Positions 18,288-27,951 of a DNA stretch of 52,455 nucleotides are shown here, in pieces. The notes under the pieces were generated by a model, which was not told the DNA's origin, searched no databases, and saw only the letters and a program-made list of their open reading frames with translations. Position 1 is the stretch's first letter, and each line of letters starts with the position of its first letter. This DNA is from an uncultured Cellvibrionaceae bacterium (lineage in GTDB: Bacteria; Pseudomonadota; Gammaproteobacteria; Pseudomonadales; Cellvibrionaceae): NCBI GenBank assembly GCA_964399955.1, contig CAYNST010000006.1, forward strand, positions 7,103-59,557. Direction: 5' to 3'. The position numbers and the translations under genes are program-made.

Positions 18288-19721
18288 ATGTTCAAACCTG
18301 CTATGGATAATCCAGTTAAATTCAATCCTTGCGTACTGCCCCGCTTACGGGCCCGCGTCTATCTGGCGGTGCTGTTGACAGGCCTGATGGCCCTCTTCAG
18401 CGCGGACTTGATGGCACAGGCGCCCAGGGTGACCCCCGCCGACCTGCAGCACATGGATGACGAGCTACAAAAGCGGCTGGACACCTTTTACCGCGAGTGG
18501 CTCAAGAAGGCATCGGCGGAACAGAGGGGCAATCTGCAGACGGTAACAGCCGGTTTGACTGTGCATGAACCGGAACAAGCCCTGCGCCTGGGGTTGCAGC
18601 TGCGCGCCAACCTGGAGGCTTTGCATCAGGCGGCAGACGATGATCTGTATCGCCAGGCCCTGGCGCTGCTCTATGCCATCAATGATACGGCAACGGTCAG
18701 GCGCATCACCGACTTCCTCAACCAGCAGGGTAGCCCTGCGGCGCGGTCCAACAACTATATGCTGCTGGCGGGTTATTATTACGCGCGGCAAAACTGGGCG
18801 GGTGTGCGAGCCGCACTGCAGCGGGTGGACAGCAAATTGCTGCCGGCCGAGCAACAGGGCTATGCCGCACTGCTGCACGGCTACGCACTGCAGGCGTTGA
18901 AGCAGCATCGCGAAGCCGTGAGCTATTATCGCCACCTTCCGGAGGACTCGCCCTTTTTCGCCTACGCCAAGTTGAACGAAGGTACAGCTTATTTGCGCCA
19001 GGGCTGGTGGTCAGAGGCTTTTCTGGAGTTTGAGCAAGCCATCAAGAGCGCGCCCAAAGACAGCGAACTCAAAGATCGTGTGCTCGTCACCCTGGGCTTT
19101 GCGCAGATTCATCACGAATTCTACCGCCTTGCCCGGGCCACCCTGCGCAAGGTAAGCCTGTCCAGCCGGCACGCGCCCAAGGCTCAACTGGGTCTGGGCC
19201 TGGCCGCAACTCACCAGCAGGACTTGCGTCCGGCGCTTAACCTTTTTTTGCACCTGCTGGAAAGCAACAAAGTGGACGCCAGCGTTGATGAGGCCTACTT
19301 GCTGGCGGCCCACGTTTACGAAGAGCTGCAGCAAATGCCCCTGGCGGCAGAGGCTTATCGTCAAGCTATCGCCTTTTATCAGCGCCGCCTGGACGAAACC
19401 GACCGCGCCCGCGCACGTTTACAAGGCACCGGCCAGCCACTGGAGCCATTGCTTGCCGAACTGGAAGCCCAGTCAGAAGAATTCTACGCCACTGCGCAAC
19501 CCATTCCCGAATACCTGCTGGACAATCACCGGCGTTTGCAGGCAATGCAGAACTTGGCGCGAGAGGCGCAATTGAAGGTCACGCTGGGTGACTTGCTGCA
19601 GGGCACCGAGCAGCTACTGCGGTCGCTTGCGCTGGAGTCCATCGAGGTTCGGCAAAGCCTGTTGCACAGCTACATGAGTCAAGCCAAATACCGTCTGGCA
19701 ACCCTTTATGACAATGATTAA
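18288..19721 (+). CDS. secreted TPR-like repeat protein (477 aa)
   Basis: N-terminal hydrophobic segment RVYLAVLLTGLMALFSADLMAQAP, then helical-repeat/TPR-like composition (Ala/Leu/Tyr/Gln periodicity). Its stop overlaps the next gene's start. Confidence 0.55.
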   Translation: MFKPAMDNPVKFNPCVLPRLRARVYLAVLLTGLMALFSADLMAQAPRVTPADLQHMDDELQKRLDTFYREWLKKASAEQRGNLQTVTAGLTVHEPEQALRLGLQLRANLEALHQAADDDLYRQALALLYAINDTATVRRITDFLNQQGSPAARSNNYMLLAGYYYARQNWAGVRAALQRVDSKLLPAEQQGYAALLHGYALQALKQHREAVSYYRHLPEDSPFFAYAKLNEGTAYLRQGWWSEAFLEFEQAIKSAPKDSELKDRVLVTLGFAQIHHEFYRLARATLRKVSLSSRHAPKAQLGLGLAATHQQDLRPALNLFLHLLESNKVDASVDEAYLLAAHVYEELQQMPLAAEAYRQAIAFYQRRLDETDRARARLQGTGQPLEPLLAELEAQSEEFYATAQPIPEYLLDNHRRLQAMQNLAREAQLKVTLGDLLQGTEQLLRSLALESIEVRQSLLHSYMSQAKYRLATLYDND

Positions 19722-22458
19722 ACGCTTTATCTGCAGCACTTTGGCCTTGCCGGTGCTGGTTGCCTGCAGCAGCCAACAGCGGGAGGGGCAAACGCTGGCG
19801 GATATCGATGTGCCCGCACGTATAGCGCGTACTGACCCGAGCGAGGCTGCCGCGCCGGATGAGCAGCGCATAAAATCTGCCTATTACGACTATCTGCGCA
19901 GTGCCGATGCCGCCGACCAGCAGCGCGCCCACGCGGCCTTGCGCATCGCGGAGCTGGAATTGGCCGGAGCCACGCCTGCCAATGAGGCCGAGTTTGAGGC
20001 CAATGTGCGGCGCGCCATCCATTTGCTGCAGACGTCCCTGCGGGATTTCCCCTCGGCGGAGGACAACGACCAACGCTGGTATCAATTGGCCAAGGCCCAC
20101 GACCAGTTGGGCGAGGCCGAGCAGGCCATTGAAGCCCTGCAGCAACTGGTGCGCCTGCACCCGCAAACCGAGCACTATGTAGAAGCCCAATTTCGCATGG
20201 CCGAGCACGCCTTTGTGCACGGTGACTATGACCGCGCCGAAGCCGGTTACAGCGATATACTTGCGGCCACCGACAACCGCGACTTTACTGAAAAAGCGCT
20301 GTTCAAGCGCGGTTGGGCCCAGTTCAAGCAAGAGCGCTTTGATGAAGCTCTGGAGGATTATTTTGCCGCGCTGAACGCCCACCGGTCTGCCGGCAATGGC
20401 CTTGCGGAAGGCGAGGACGCCCTGCTGGACGAATATTTGCGCGCCGTTGCCCTGTCGTTTTTGTACCTGGGCGGCGCACCCGCACTGGCTGAACATTTCG
20501 CCGATAAACCCAATGATCCGTTCGCCTACCGCACCTACATGTCGGTCAGCAACTTGCTGTTGCAACAGCAGCGCTTCAGCGACGCGGTGGCCACCCTGGA
20601 CGCCTACCGCACTGGTTATCCCTATGGCGAGGGCGTAGTGGCGGCCAGCCTGCAGGCATTGAATATCTGGAAAGACGCCAATTTCCGCAGCCGCTACGAG
20701 CAGGCCTTTGCCGACTTTTACACCCAATACCGTCCCGGAGCCAGCTTCTGGCAGCGTGCCGGCAGCAAAGAAGCTGTGCCGGTGGAGGCTCTGCGGGAGA
20801 ACCTGTTGCTCCTGGCCAGTCGTTACCACAACCGCTTTCTGAGTGATGGACAACAGGAGTCCTTCACTCAGGCGGAGCAATGGTACGACCGCTATCTGCA
20901 GAGTTTCACCAACTACGCGCGGCAGGACCAGATCTACCCGCAGTATGCGCAGTTGCTGGAGCGGCGCGGGCTGACCGAGCGGGCCTTCACCATGTACGAA
21001 CGCGCCGCCTTTGACGGCGAAATACTGCTGGATAAAACCTCGGCCTACGCCTGCATCTACCTGTCCGACCGTTTGTATCAAAGCTCGGCACCCCAGGCAA
21101 AAACGCTCTGGCTGGACAAGCACCTGCAATACGCGCAGGCCTACGCCGAGCTTTACCCCAAAGATGCCCAAGCCGTGGCCACGGTGCTCAAAGCCGTGCA
21201 AATGGCCTTCAGCCACGGGCGCCTGCAGCAGACGGTAGAGCTTGCCAACCTGCTGCCGGATGCCGCACCGGCTGAGCGGCGGCTGGAAGTGGGGCTGCTG
21301 AAGGCTCAGGCCCTGTTTGATCTGGCAGAGTATCAGGATGCGGAGCTGGTGTACCGCGATCTGCTGGCGGAGCAGGGCAGTAACAGTCGGGAAGGGCGTG
21401 ACCTGGCTGATAAACTGGCGTTGAGCATTTATCAGCAGGGCCACAGCCTGCGAGATTCAGACGCCGACCTGGCCACCGGTCATTTCCTCCGGGTTTATCA
21501 GACCGTGCCCCAGTCCGAATTGGCACCCACCGCGCTCTACGACGCCACGGCCCTGCTGCTGGCAGCAGCCCAATGGGATCAGGCCATTCATTATTTGAAA
21601 GTATTTTCCCAGGTGTTCCCCGAGCATGTCCTGCAAGTGGATGTGGGTAAAAAACTCTCCGCCGCCTATCTGCAGGCCGACCGGCAACTGGAAGCTGCGC
21701 AGGCCTTCGAGAGCCTTGCACGGGTGGTGGACAATCAGGAAGAACAAATGGCCGCCCTTTGGCAGGCGGCAGAGTTGTACAGCAACAAAGGCGACACCGC
21801 CTCCGCCATTCGCACCTACGAGAGTTACACCGGCCGTTACAAGCGACCCTACCCGCAATATCTGGAAGCCATGCACCGCTTGAGTGAGTTGTACGCGACG
21901 GATAACAGTGTGCAAAGTGACTACTGGTTGCAGCAGATTGTTACCGCCGACAGCACCGCCAACGCATCACTCAAAACCGAGCGCACCGACTTCTTGGCCG
22001 CCAGTGCAGCCTTCACCCTGGCCCGCAAGCGGCTGAACGACTACGACCAGATTGCACTGGTGCATCCATTGAACCAGTCTTTGCAACGCAAAAAAGCCGC
22101 CATGCAAAATGCGGTAAAACTGTTTGGTCTGGCCTCGTCCTACGGCCACCGGGAATTTGTCACCGAGTCCACTTACCATATTGGCAGCATCTACCTGGCG
22201 TTTGCTGCGGCCTTGATGAATTCGGAACGTCCGCGCGGCTTGAATGACGACGAGTTGGAGCAATACAACATCCTGCTGGAAGACCAAGCCTTTCCGTTCG
22301 AGGACCAGGCCATTGAGTTTTACGAGGCCAATCTTGCACGCATTGCCGACGGTCATTTTGACGAATGGCTGCAGCGCTCTCTGGCGCAACTGAGTCAACT
22401 CTTCCCGGCCCGCTACGCGCGCACGGGCAAGGCCGAAACCTTTGTCCAGCAACTGTGA
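19708..22458 (+). CDS. large TPR-repeat lipoprotein (916 aa)
   Basis: Signal peptide with a lipobox (MTMIKRFICSTLALPVLVAC-SSQQ). Long array of TPR-like helical repeats. Overlaps the previous gene by 14 nt, consistent with an operon. Confidence 0.65.
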   Translation: MTMIKRFICSTLALPVLVACSSQQREGQTLADIDVPARIARTDPSEAAAPDEQRIKSAYYDYLRSADAADQQRAHAALRIAELELAGATPANEAEFEANVRRAIHLLQTSLRDFPSAEDNDQRWYQLAKAHDQLGEAEQAIEALQQLVRLHPQTEHYVEAQFRMAEHAFVHGDYDRAEAGYSDILAATDNRDFTEKALFKRGWAQFKQERFDEALEDYFAALNAHRSAGNGLAEGEDALLDEYLRAVALSFLYLGGAPALAEHFADKPNDPFAYRTYMSVSNLLLQQQRFSDAVATLDAYRTGYPYGEGVVAASLQALNIWKDANFRSRYEQAFADFYTQYRPGASFWQRAGSKEAVPVEALRENLLLLASRYHNRFLSDGQQESFTQAEQWYDRYLQSFTNYARQDQIYPQYAQLLERRGLTERAFTMYERAAFDGEILLDKTSAYACIYLSDRLYQSSAPQAKTLWLDKHLQYAQAYAELYPKDAQAVATVLKAVQMAFSHGRLQQTVELANLLPDAAPAERRLEVGLLKAQALFDLAEYQDAELVYRDLLAEQGSNSREGRDLADKLALSIYQQGHSLRDSDADLATGHFLRVYQTVPQSELAPTALYDATALLLAAAQWDQAIHYLKVFSQVFPEHVLQVDVGKKLSAAYLQADRQLEAAQAFESLARVVDNQEEQMAALWQAAELYSNKGDTASAIRTYESYTGRYKRPYPQYLEAMHRLSELYATDNSVQSDYWLQQIVTADSTANASLKTERTDFLAASAAFTLARKRLNDYDQIALVHPLNQSLQRKKAAMQNAVKLFGLASSYGHREFVTESTYHIGSIYLAFAAALMNSERPRGLNDDELEQYNILLEDQAFPFEDQAIEFYEANLARIADGHFDEWLQRSLAQLSQLFPARYARTGKAETFVQQL

Positions 22459-22469
22459 GAACCCATCCT

Positions 22470-23051
22470 GTGACTAAGTTGTTGCGCTGCTCGATTGCCG
22501 TAATCCTGCTGCTGGTTCAATTGACCGGCTGCGGAACCAGCCCGCACAAATCCGGCCAATACGACAGCCTGAACCTGTTAAGCAATACCGAGCGACAAAA
22601 CTACGAGCGGGCACTGGCGCTGCTGGCCGAGGACAGCGCCAGCAGTGCTGAAGGCCTGTTGTTGAACCTGAGCCAGTCGCGCCCCAGCGTGGCGGAGGTT
22701 TGGTTGAATCTGGCCTTGGCGCATTACCACCAGGCTGAATGGGAGCAGGCCCAGCAGGCACTTACTCAATTATTGACGCTGCGCGAAGCCACCCACCAGG
22801 GGCACAACCTGGCCGGGCTGGTGGCGGTGCAGCAAGGGGAGTTTGAACGCGCGCGCCAGCACTACCAGCGCGCCCTTACCCTGCAGCCCAGCTACACCAA
22901 CGCGCTTTTCAATATGGCGTTGCTGCAGGATGTGTACCTGCAGGACATTGAGCAGGCCATGAATTTTTACCAGCGCTATATTGCCCTGGCGCCAGACGAT
23001 GAAGAAACAAAAAACTGGGCCGACAACCTGCAATACAGTTTGCCCGAGTGA
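22470..23051 (+). CDS. small TPR lipoprotein (about 193 aa from the GTG start)
   Basis: The in-frame GTG at 22470 gives MTKLLRCSIAVILLLVQLTGC-GTS (lipobox LTGC). The upstream ATG at 22365 would overlap the previous gene by 94 nt. TPR motifs follow (AEVWLNLALAHYHQAEWEQA, YQRALTLQPSYTNALFNMALL). Confidence 0.55.
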   Translation: MTKLLRCSIAVILLLVQLTGCGTSPHKSGQYDSLNLLSNTERQNYERALALLAEDSASSAEGLLLNLSQSRPSVAEVWLNLALAHYHQAEWEQAQQALTQLLTLREATHQGHNLAGLVAVQQGEFERARQHYQRALTLQPSYTNALFNMALLQDVYLQDIEQAMNFYQRYIALAPDDEETKNWADNLQYSLPE

Positions 23052-23060
23052 GGTAAAACC

Positions 23061-23333
23061 ATGCACGTAAGACATTTGTTTCTATTGCTGCTGCTCATAC
23101 CGCTGTTGCCCGCCCACGCCCAGGAGGTGATTGAGCTGGAAACCACCACCATCAAGGGCAACACCGAGCTGCCCAAATACCTGTATGTGGTGCCCTGGCA
23201 AAACAGTAAAAGCAAAGCCGGCGGAGACCGCAAACTCAAGCTGCCCAACCTGTACGGCGAATACTTCGACCCACTGATGCCGGCCCCTCTGGCTGCCGCG
23301 CACGAGATGGGCGCGCCGGCCATGCCGGACTAA
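23061..23333 (+). CDS. small secreted protein (90 aa, hypothetical)
   Basis: GAGGTAA ribosome-binding site and signal peptide MHVRHLFLLLLLIPLLPAHA-QEV. Last gene of the TPR operon. Confidence 0.5.
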   Translation: MHVRHLFLLLLLIPLLPAHAQEVIELETTTIKGNTELPKYLYVVPWQNSKSKAGGDRKLKLPNLYGEYFDPLMPAPLAAAHEMGAPAMPD

Positions 23334-23356
23334 TCTGCAACCAAAAAGGCGTCACT

Positions 23357-24103
23357 CTAGCGCCCACCCGATACATCCAGCAGCGCGCCGGTGACATAAC
23401 CGGCGCCGTCACCGGCCAGCCACATGATGGCCTCGGCCACTTCGTCTGCACTGCCAACCCGCTGCATGGGGATACTCTTGTGGAGCCTTTCTGCTCGGCC
23501 GCTGTCGCCGCCCTTGGCGTGAATGGGCGTGTCGATCAGCCCCGGTCGCACCGCGTTTACCCGAATACCCTGGTCCGCCACTTCTTTGGCCAGCCCCTGC
23601 GTGAAGGTGTCAATTGCGCCTTTGCTGGCGGCATAATCCAGATATTCGTGGGGCGAGCCGAGGCGCGCAGCGGCGGAAGATACATTGACAATGGCACCGC
23701 CGCGACCGCCGTGGCGAAACGCCATCTGCCTGACGGCTTCGCGTGAGCAAAGAAAACTGCCCAGCACGTTTACTTCAAAAACGTCGCGGATGCGTTGGGC
23801 GCTGTAGTCCTCGATCGGCATGGAAGGAGCGACGACGCCCGCGTTGTTGATGAGTACCGACACCTGGCCCAGGTGCTGCGCCACATCCGCAAACAAGCCT
23901 ACCACTGCGGTTTCTTCCCTGAGGTCGGCTTGGCGGGCGATCACCCGCGCGCCGCCATCGGCCAACTCATCGCGCAATGCCAGGGCTGCCGACTCGTTAC
24001 TGCCATAGTGCAGACAAAGACTGTAACCCTGCCGCGCCGCCAACCTGGCCACCGCCGCACCTATGCCGCCGGAAGCGCCCGTTATCAAGATGATGTTGTC
24101 CAT
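23357..24103 (-). CDS. SDR family NAD(P)-dependent oxidoreductase
   Basis: TGASGGIGAAVA Rossmann motif, NNAG, and a catalytic YxxxK within YAASKGAID. Lies 27 nt downstream of clpV on the same strand. Confidence 0.85.
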   Translation of the reverse strand: MDNIILITGASGGIGAAVARLAARQGYSLCLHYGSNESAALALRDELADGGARVIARQADLREETAVVGLFADVAQHLGQVSVLINNAGVVAPSMPIEDYSAQRIRDVFEVNVLGSFLCSREAVRQMAFRHGGRGGAIVNVSSAAARLGSPHEYLDYAASKGAIDTFTQGLAKEVADQGIRVNAVRPGLIDTPIHAKGGDSGRAERLHKSIPMQRVGSADEVAEAIMWLAGDGAGYVTGALLDVSGGR

Positions 24104-24130
24104 TGACGACTCTCGGTGCGGGGGACTGTG

Positions 24131-26767
24131 TTATTGCAGCTGGTAGGCAAATTCGCCCTCTTCGCTGCAATCAATATGGATGGACTGGATACCGCTGCCT
24201 TCCGCCATCTTGGCCAGGCAGGCTTCTGCCAGGGCCGGCAGCAAAGAGCGGTTCAGAATATTCTCGATATTGCGTGCGCCGGTGTCGGTCTCCTGGCTGC
24301 GGGCCAGAATGTGCAGCAGTACGTCTTCGGCGTAGGTCAATTGCGCGTTGTAAGTGCTGCGCACGCGGCGCTCCAGGCGCTGCATATTGATTTCACAGAT
24401 TTTCAACAAGTCTTCGTCGGCCAGCGGGTAATAGGGGATAACGGCGGTGCGACCCAGAAACGCCGGCTTGAAGTGGCGCAACAACTGCGGGCGGAAGTTA
24501 TCCAGCAGTACCTCCGGGTCTGGCCGTTCTTCGCTGGCGGCGCAAAGGGCGCGGATGTGTTCTTCACCGGCGTTGGAGGTCATGATGATCACGGTATTGC
24601 GGAAGTCGATATCGCGGCCTTCACCGTCTTTGATGGTGCCCTTGTCAAACAGGTTGTAAAACACATCCTGCACGCCCGGATGGGCTTTTTCCATTTCGTC
24701 GAACAGCACCACGCTGTAAGGTTTGCGTCGCACGGCCTCGGTCAGCACACCGCCTTCGCCGTAACCGACGTAGCCGGGAGGGGAGCCGAGCAGCATGGAA
24801 ATTTTATGTTCTTCCTTGAATTCCGACATGTTGATGACGGTGAGATTCTGCTCGCCGCCGTAGAGTACATCTGCCAGCGCCAGTGCGGTTTCGGTTTTGC
24901 CCACGCCGCTGGGGCCCACCATAAAAAATACGCCGATGGGTTTGCGCACATCGGTCAGTCCCGCCCGCGCGGTGCGAATACTTTGGCCTATGGCCTCCAG
25001 TGCGTGGCGCTGACCAATAACGCGTTCATTGAGTGCGTCGGGCAAGCGCAGTATCTGCTGGATCTCGTCGGCCAGCATTTTACCTACGGGAATACCGGTC
25101 CAGTTGGCCACCACTTCTGCCACCGCCTGACCGTCGACGTTGATCTTGATCATCGGCTCCTCGCGCTGAACGGCGGCAAGTTCGGCCATCAAACCGTGCA
25201 GGCGATGTTTGTCGGGCTGGTCGTCGTCGGATTCCAGGCCGTTGTCAAAGGCGTGTTCCAGCCGCTCTTGAACGGCGTGGATGTCCGCCACAATTTTTTT
25301 CTCCATGGACCACTGCTCTTCCTGCAGTACCAGTTTTTCTTCCAGCTGGGACTGTTCCACTCGCAGCGCTGCCAGGGCCTCTTCACTGCCACCAATGGCG
25401 GCGTTCTCCCGCGCCAGGGACTGGCGGTTGTTCTGGCACTGAGTGATGCGGCGGCGGGTGTCTTCGATGGCTGCAGGCGTGGCGCTTTGGCTTAGTGAAA
25501 CCCGGGCACAGGCGGTATCCAGCAGGCTAACGCATTTATCCGGCAGCTGGCGCGCGGTGATATAACGGCTGGACAGGCGCACGGAGTCCACAATCGCCTC
25601 GTCCAATACCCGCACCTTGTGGTGGCGCTGCAGCATGGGCGCCATTGCGCGCATCATGTCAATGGCGCGTGCCTCGCTGGGCTCCTCTACTTTGACTACT
25701 TGGAAGCGGCGGGTCAGCGCGGGGTCGCGCTCAAAGTATTTCTTGTACTCTGCCCAGGTGGTGGCGGCAATGGTGCGCAGCTCGCCGCGCGCCAAGGCAG
25801 GTTTGAGGAGATTGGCCGCATCGCCCTGGCCTTCTTTGCCACCGGCGCCAATCATGGTGTGCGCCTCGTCAATAAACAGTATGACCGGCTCGGCGGAGTT
25901 TTTGACTTCACTGATCACGGATTTCAGGCGGTTTTCAAACTCGCCTTTGACGCTGGCGCCGGCCTGCAGCAGGCCCAGATCCAGGCTGCGCAGGGCCACA
26001 CCCTTGAGTGGATCGGGCACGTCGCCCTGGGCAATTCGCAGCGCCAGCCCCTCGACCACTGCGGTTTTACCCACGCCCGCCTCACCGGTCAGTATTGGGT
26101 TGTTCTGCCGTCTGCGGATGAGGACATCAATGATCTGGCGAATTTCCTCGTCGCGGCCAAGTACCGGGTCGATGCGGCCGCTTTTGGCCTGAGCCGTGAG
26201 GTTGATGGTGTATTTGTCCAGGCTGGGGGTTTTGCTGGGTGCGCCTGTGGGCGCTTCGCTGCTGTCGCTGACCGACTCGGCAGAGCTGGACGATTTGCCT
26301 GTGCTTTTGCTGCGCATGTGGCGCACGGCCTCACGCAAGGCTTCGGCGGGCAGGCGCTGCAGGGCCTCGCTGGCTACACTGCGGCGCAGGCCGTCGTCGC
26401 TGATCAAGGCGGCCAGCAGGTGGCCGGGGTGAACGGCGGCGGCGCCAAATTCAATGGAGGCCAACAGCCAGGCGTTTTTGCACAGGTCCACAATGGTGGG
26501 GGATAGCGCCGGTGCACGGGTGTTGCCGGTCTGCAGGCGGTCCAGCTCCCGGTTCAGGTTTTGCAATACGCGCGCAGGCTCCAGGTCAAATGCCTGCAAC
26601 AGTCCGCGCAGGTCGCCGTTGTCCAGCTCCAGCAGTTTTACCAGCCAGTGCTCCAACTCCACATTGTAGTGGCTGCGAGACAGACAAAGGCCTGCGGCGC
26701 CTTCCAGAGATACGCGGCAGGCTTCGTCGAGTGAGCCAACCAGAGATTTCAGATCAATGTTCATCAT
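24131..26767 (-). CDS. clpV: T6SS AAA+ ATPase ClpV (TssH)
   Basis: 878 aa with a Clp N-domain and two AAA modules (GEAGVGKTA; GPSGVGKTETALALA). The start overlaps the tssG stop (ATGA). Confidence 0.93.
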   Translation of the reverse strand: MMNIDLKSLVGSLDEACRVSLEGAAGLCLSRSHYNVELEHWLVKLLELDNGDLRGLLQAFDLEPARVLQNLNRELDRLQTGNTRAPALSPTIVDLCKNAWLLASIEFGAAAVHPGHLLAALISDDGLRRSVASEALQRLPAEALREAVRHMRSKSTGKSSSSAESVSDSSEAPTGAPSKTPSLDKYTINLTAQAKSGRIDPVLGRDEEIRQIIDVLIRRRQNNPILTGEAGVGKTAVVEGLALRIAQGDVPDPLKGVALRSLDLGLLQAGASVKGEFENRLKSVISEVKNSAEPVILFIDEAHTMIGAGGKEGQGDAANLLKPALARGELRTIAATTWAEYKKYFERDPALTRRFQVVKVEEPSEARAIDMMRAMAPMLQRHHKVRVLDEAIVDSVRLSSRYITARQLPDKCVSLLDTACARVSLSQSATPAAIEDTRRRITQCQNNRQSLARENAAIGGSEEALAALRVEQSQLEEKLVLQEEQWSMEKKIVADIHAVQERLEHAFDNGLESDDDQPDKHRLHGLMAELAAVQREEPMIKINVDGQAVAEVVANWTGIPVGKMLADEIQQILRLPDALNERVIGQRHALEAIGQSIRTARAGLTDVRKPIGVFFMVGPSGVGKTETALALADVLYGGEQNLTVINMSEFKEEHKISMLLGSPPGYVGYGEGGVLTEAVRRKPYSVVLFDEMEKAHPGVQDVFYNLFDKGTIKDGEGRDIDFRNTVIIMTSNAGEEHIRALCAASEERPDPEVLLDNFRPQLLRHFKPAFLGRTAVIPYYPLADEDLLKICEINMQRLERRVRSTYNAQLTYAEDVLLHILARSQETDTGARNIENILNRSLLPALAEACLAKMAEGSGIQSIHIDCSEEGEFAYQLQ

Positions 26768-27951
26768 GGGCTATTCCTTTTGTGTTGTTGGCGCTGTCCC
26801 TGTTGCAGGCGGGCGCTGGAGACTTTGATTTCAACGGTATCAGCGGGCGAAGGCTGCTGGCGGGTGCGGCAACCAAACCAGGTGTCCCAACCCAAAACCG
26901 GTGGTTCTTTGCGGTTCAATTGCACACGCCCCGGCAGCTGATCGCGGGTGGTTTTCAGGCGGTATTCAATTTCGTTTTCCGCACCCACATACAGGCTTGA
27001 AAGCTCGTGCAGCTTGTTCAATGTTTGTGTTCCGGGTGCAAAATCCTTGAACTGCCGGGCGGTGAGCGGCCCGGCCACAATGCGCAGTTTGCCCTGGGCA
27101 AACCAGCCTTTTTGCCCGAGTATGGCCGAGCGCCCCAGGCGGGCATTCTGCCCGCTGGGGTTGTTTTTGCTGGGCAGTCGCAGGCGCACATCGTCTATCA
27201 GCGGCTGCCACTGGCCGACCAGCTCGTCCACCTGCACCGGCACGCCCAAAAAATGACTTAGCATGGGCTTCAGGTTGATGGCCGGGCGAGTCTTCTGCGC
27301 CAAAAAACCACTGAAGAACAACAAACCTTCGGCGGGAATGGGCAGGCCGGCATCAATTTGTGCCGTGCCCAAGCCAATCAAGGAAAGCAGCGCCTGGGTG
27401 TGGCTGTCGCGCCCGGGCAGCTTCTGTACCTTGTGGCGCTCGTAGGCAATGGGCAGTCTATTGCGCACGCCGGCCTGAAAAAACAGGGACAGACTGCGGT
27501 GCTGGAACATGTCCAGAAAATTTTTCAACGCCCTGTCTTTGAGCTTCAAGCGCTGAAAAATCAGCTCGCTGTAATGAAACGGTAAAACCCCGGTGGCGCC
27601 GGTGAAGCCAAAAAAATTGACCAGCATGCGGTAACGGTTTTCCTGCGCAGTGCGTTCGACCGATTCAATTGACGCGCCGGGAAAGCCGAGACTCAGTTGG
27701 TTGCCAAAACGTAAATATTCCCGCTCTGGCGGGGCAAACCGTGCCAGTGGCTGCGGCGTGGTGATCAAACCCAAAGAAGCAGGCGATCCTGCGGCAGGCG
27801 ATCCTGCGGCAGGCGTTCCTGCGGCAGGATCGCCCGCCATCAGGGCCGCGCGTTCAAGCAGGCGTACCGCTTGAAAAAATTCGAAGTCACTGGCGTCGGC
27901 GAGCAGGCGCTCGACTACAGTAGGACTTTTTCGCCGGTTCTTGGGGGGCAT
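26764..27951 (-). CDS. tssG: T6SS baseplate protein TssG
   Basis: Hallmark DFEFFQAVRLLE near the N-terminus; about 395 aa. Contains an (AAGSP)n repeat encoded by a 15-bp tandem repeat. The start may be slightly downstream, as the listed ORF overlaps tssF by 37 nt. Confidence 0.82.
   Translation of the reverse strand: MPPKNRRKSPTVVERLLADASDFEFFQAVRLLERAALMAGDPAAGTPAAGSPAAGSPASLGLITTPQPLARFAPPEREYLRFGNQLSLGFPGASIESVERTAQENRYRMLVNFFGFTGATGVLPFHYSELIFQRLKLKDRALKNFLDMFQHRSLSLFFQAGVRNRLPIAYERHKVQKLPGRDSHTQALLSLIGLGTAQIDAGLPIPAEGLLFFSGFLAQKTRPAINLKPMLSHFLGVPVQVDELVGQWQPLIDDVRLRLPSKNNPSGQNARLGRSAILGQKGWFAQGKLRIVAGPLTARQFKDFAPGTQTLNKLHELSSLYVGAENEIEYRLKTTRDQLPGRVQLNRKEPPVLGWDTWFGCRTRQQPSPADTVEIKVSSARLQQGQRQQHKRNSP
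27779..27823. repeat. 3 tandem copies of the 15-bp unit gcaggcgatcctgcg inside tssG
   Basis: Units at 27779-27793, 27794-27808 (identical) and 27809-27823 (1 mismatch), with a degenerate fourth copy after. Encodes PAAGS/PAAGT pentapeptide repeats on the minus strand. Confidence 0.8.

Noticed and set aside
19579-21444. 621-aa minus-strand ORF antisense to the 916-aa TPR gene
   Set aside because: Its composition is antisense to a TPR gene (Gln/Leu/Gly-rich), and it would require divergent transcription through an operon with overlapping gene junctions.
22365-22469. Upstream ATG start for the small TPR lipoprotein
   Set aside because: It would overlap the preceding gene by 94 nt and bury the lipoprotein signal peptide 35 residues inside. 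The in-frame GTG at 22470 places MTKLLRCSIAVILLLVQLTGC at the N-terminus.
24116-26506. Plus-strand ORFs of 459, 191 and 295 aa inside clpV
   Set aside because: Antisense to ClpV, which has textbook AAA+ motifs on the minus strand.
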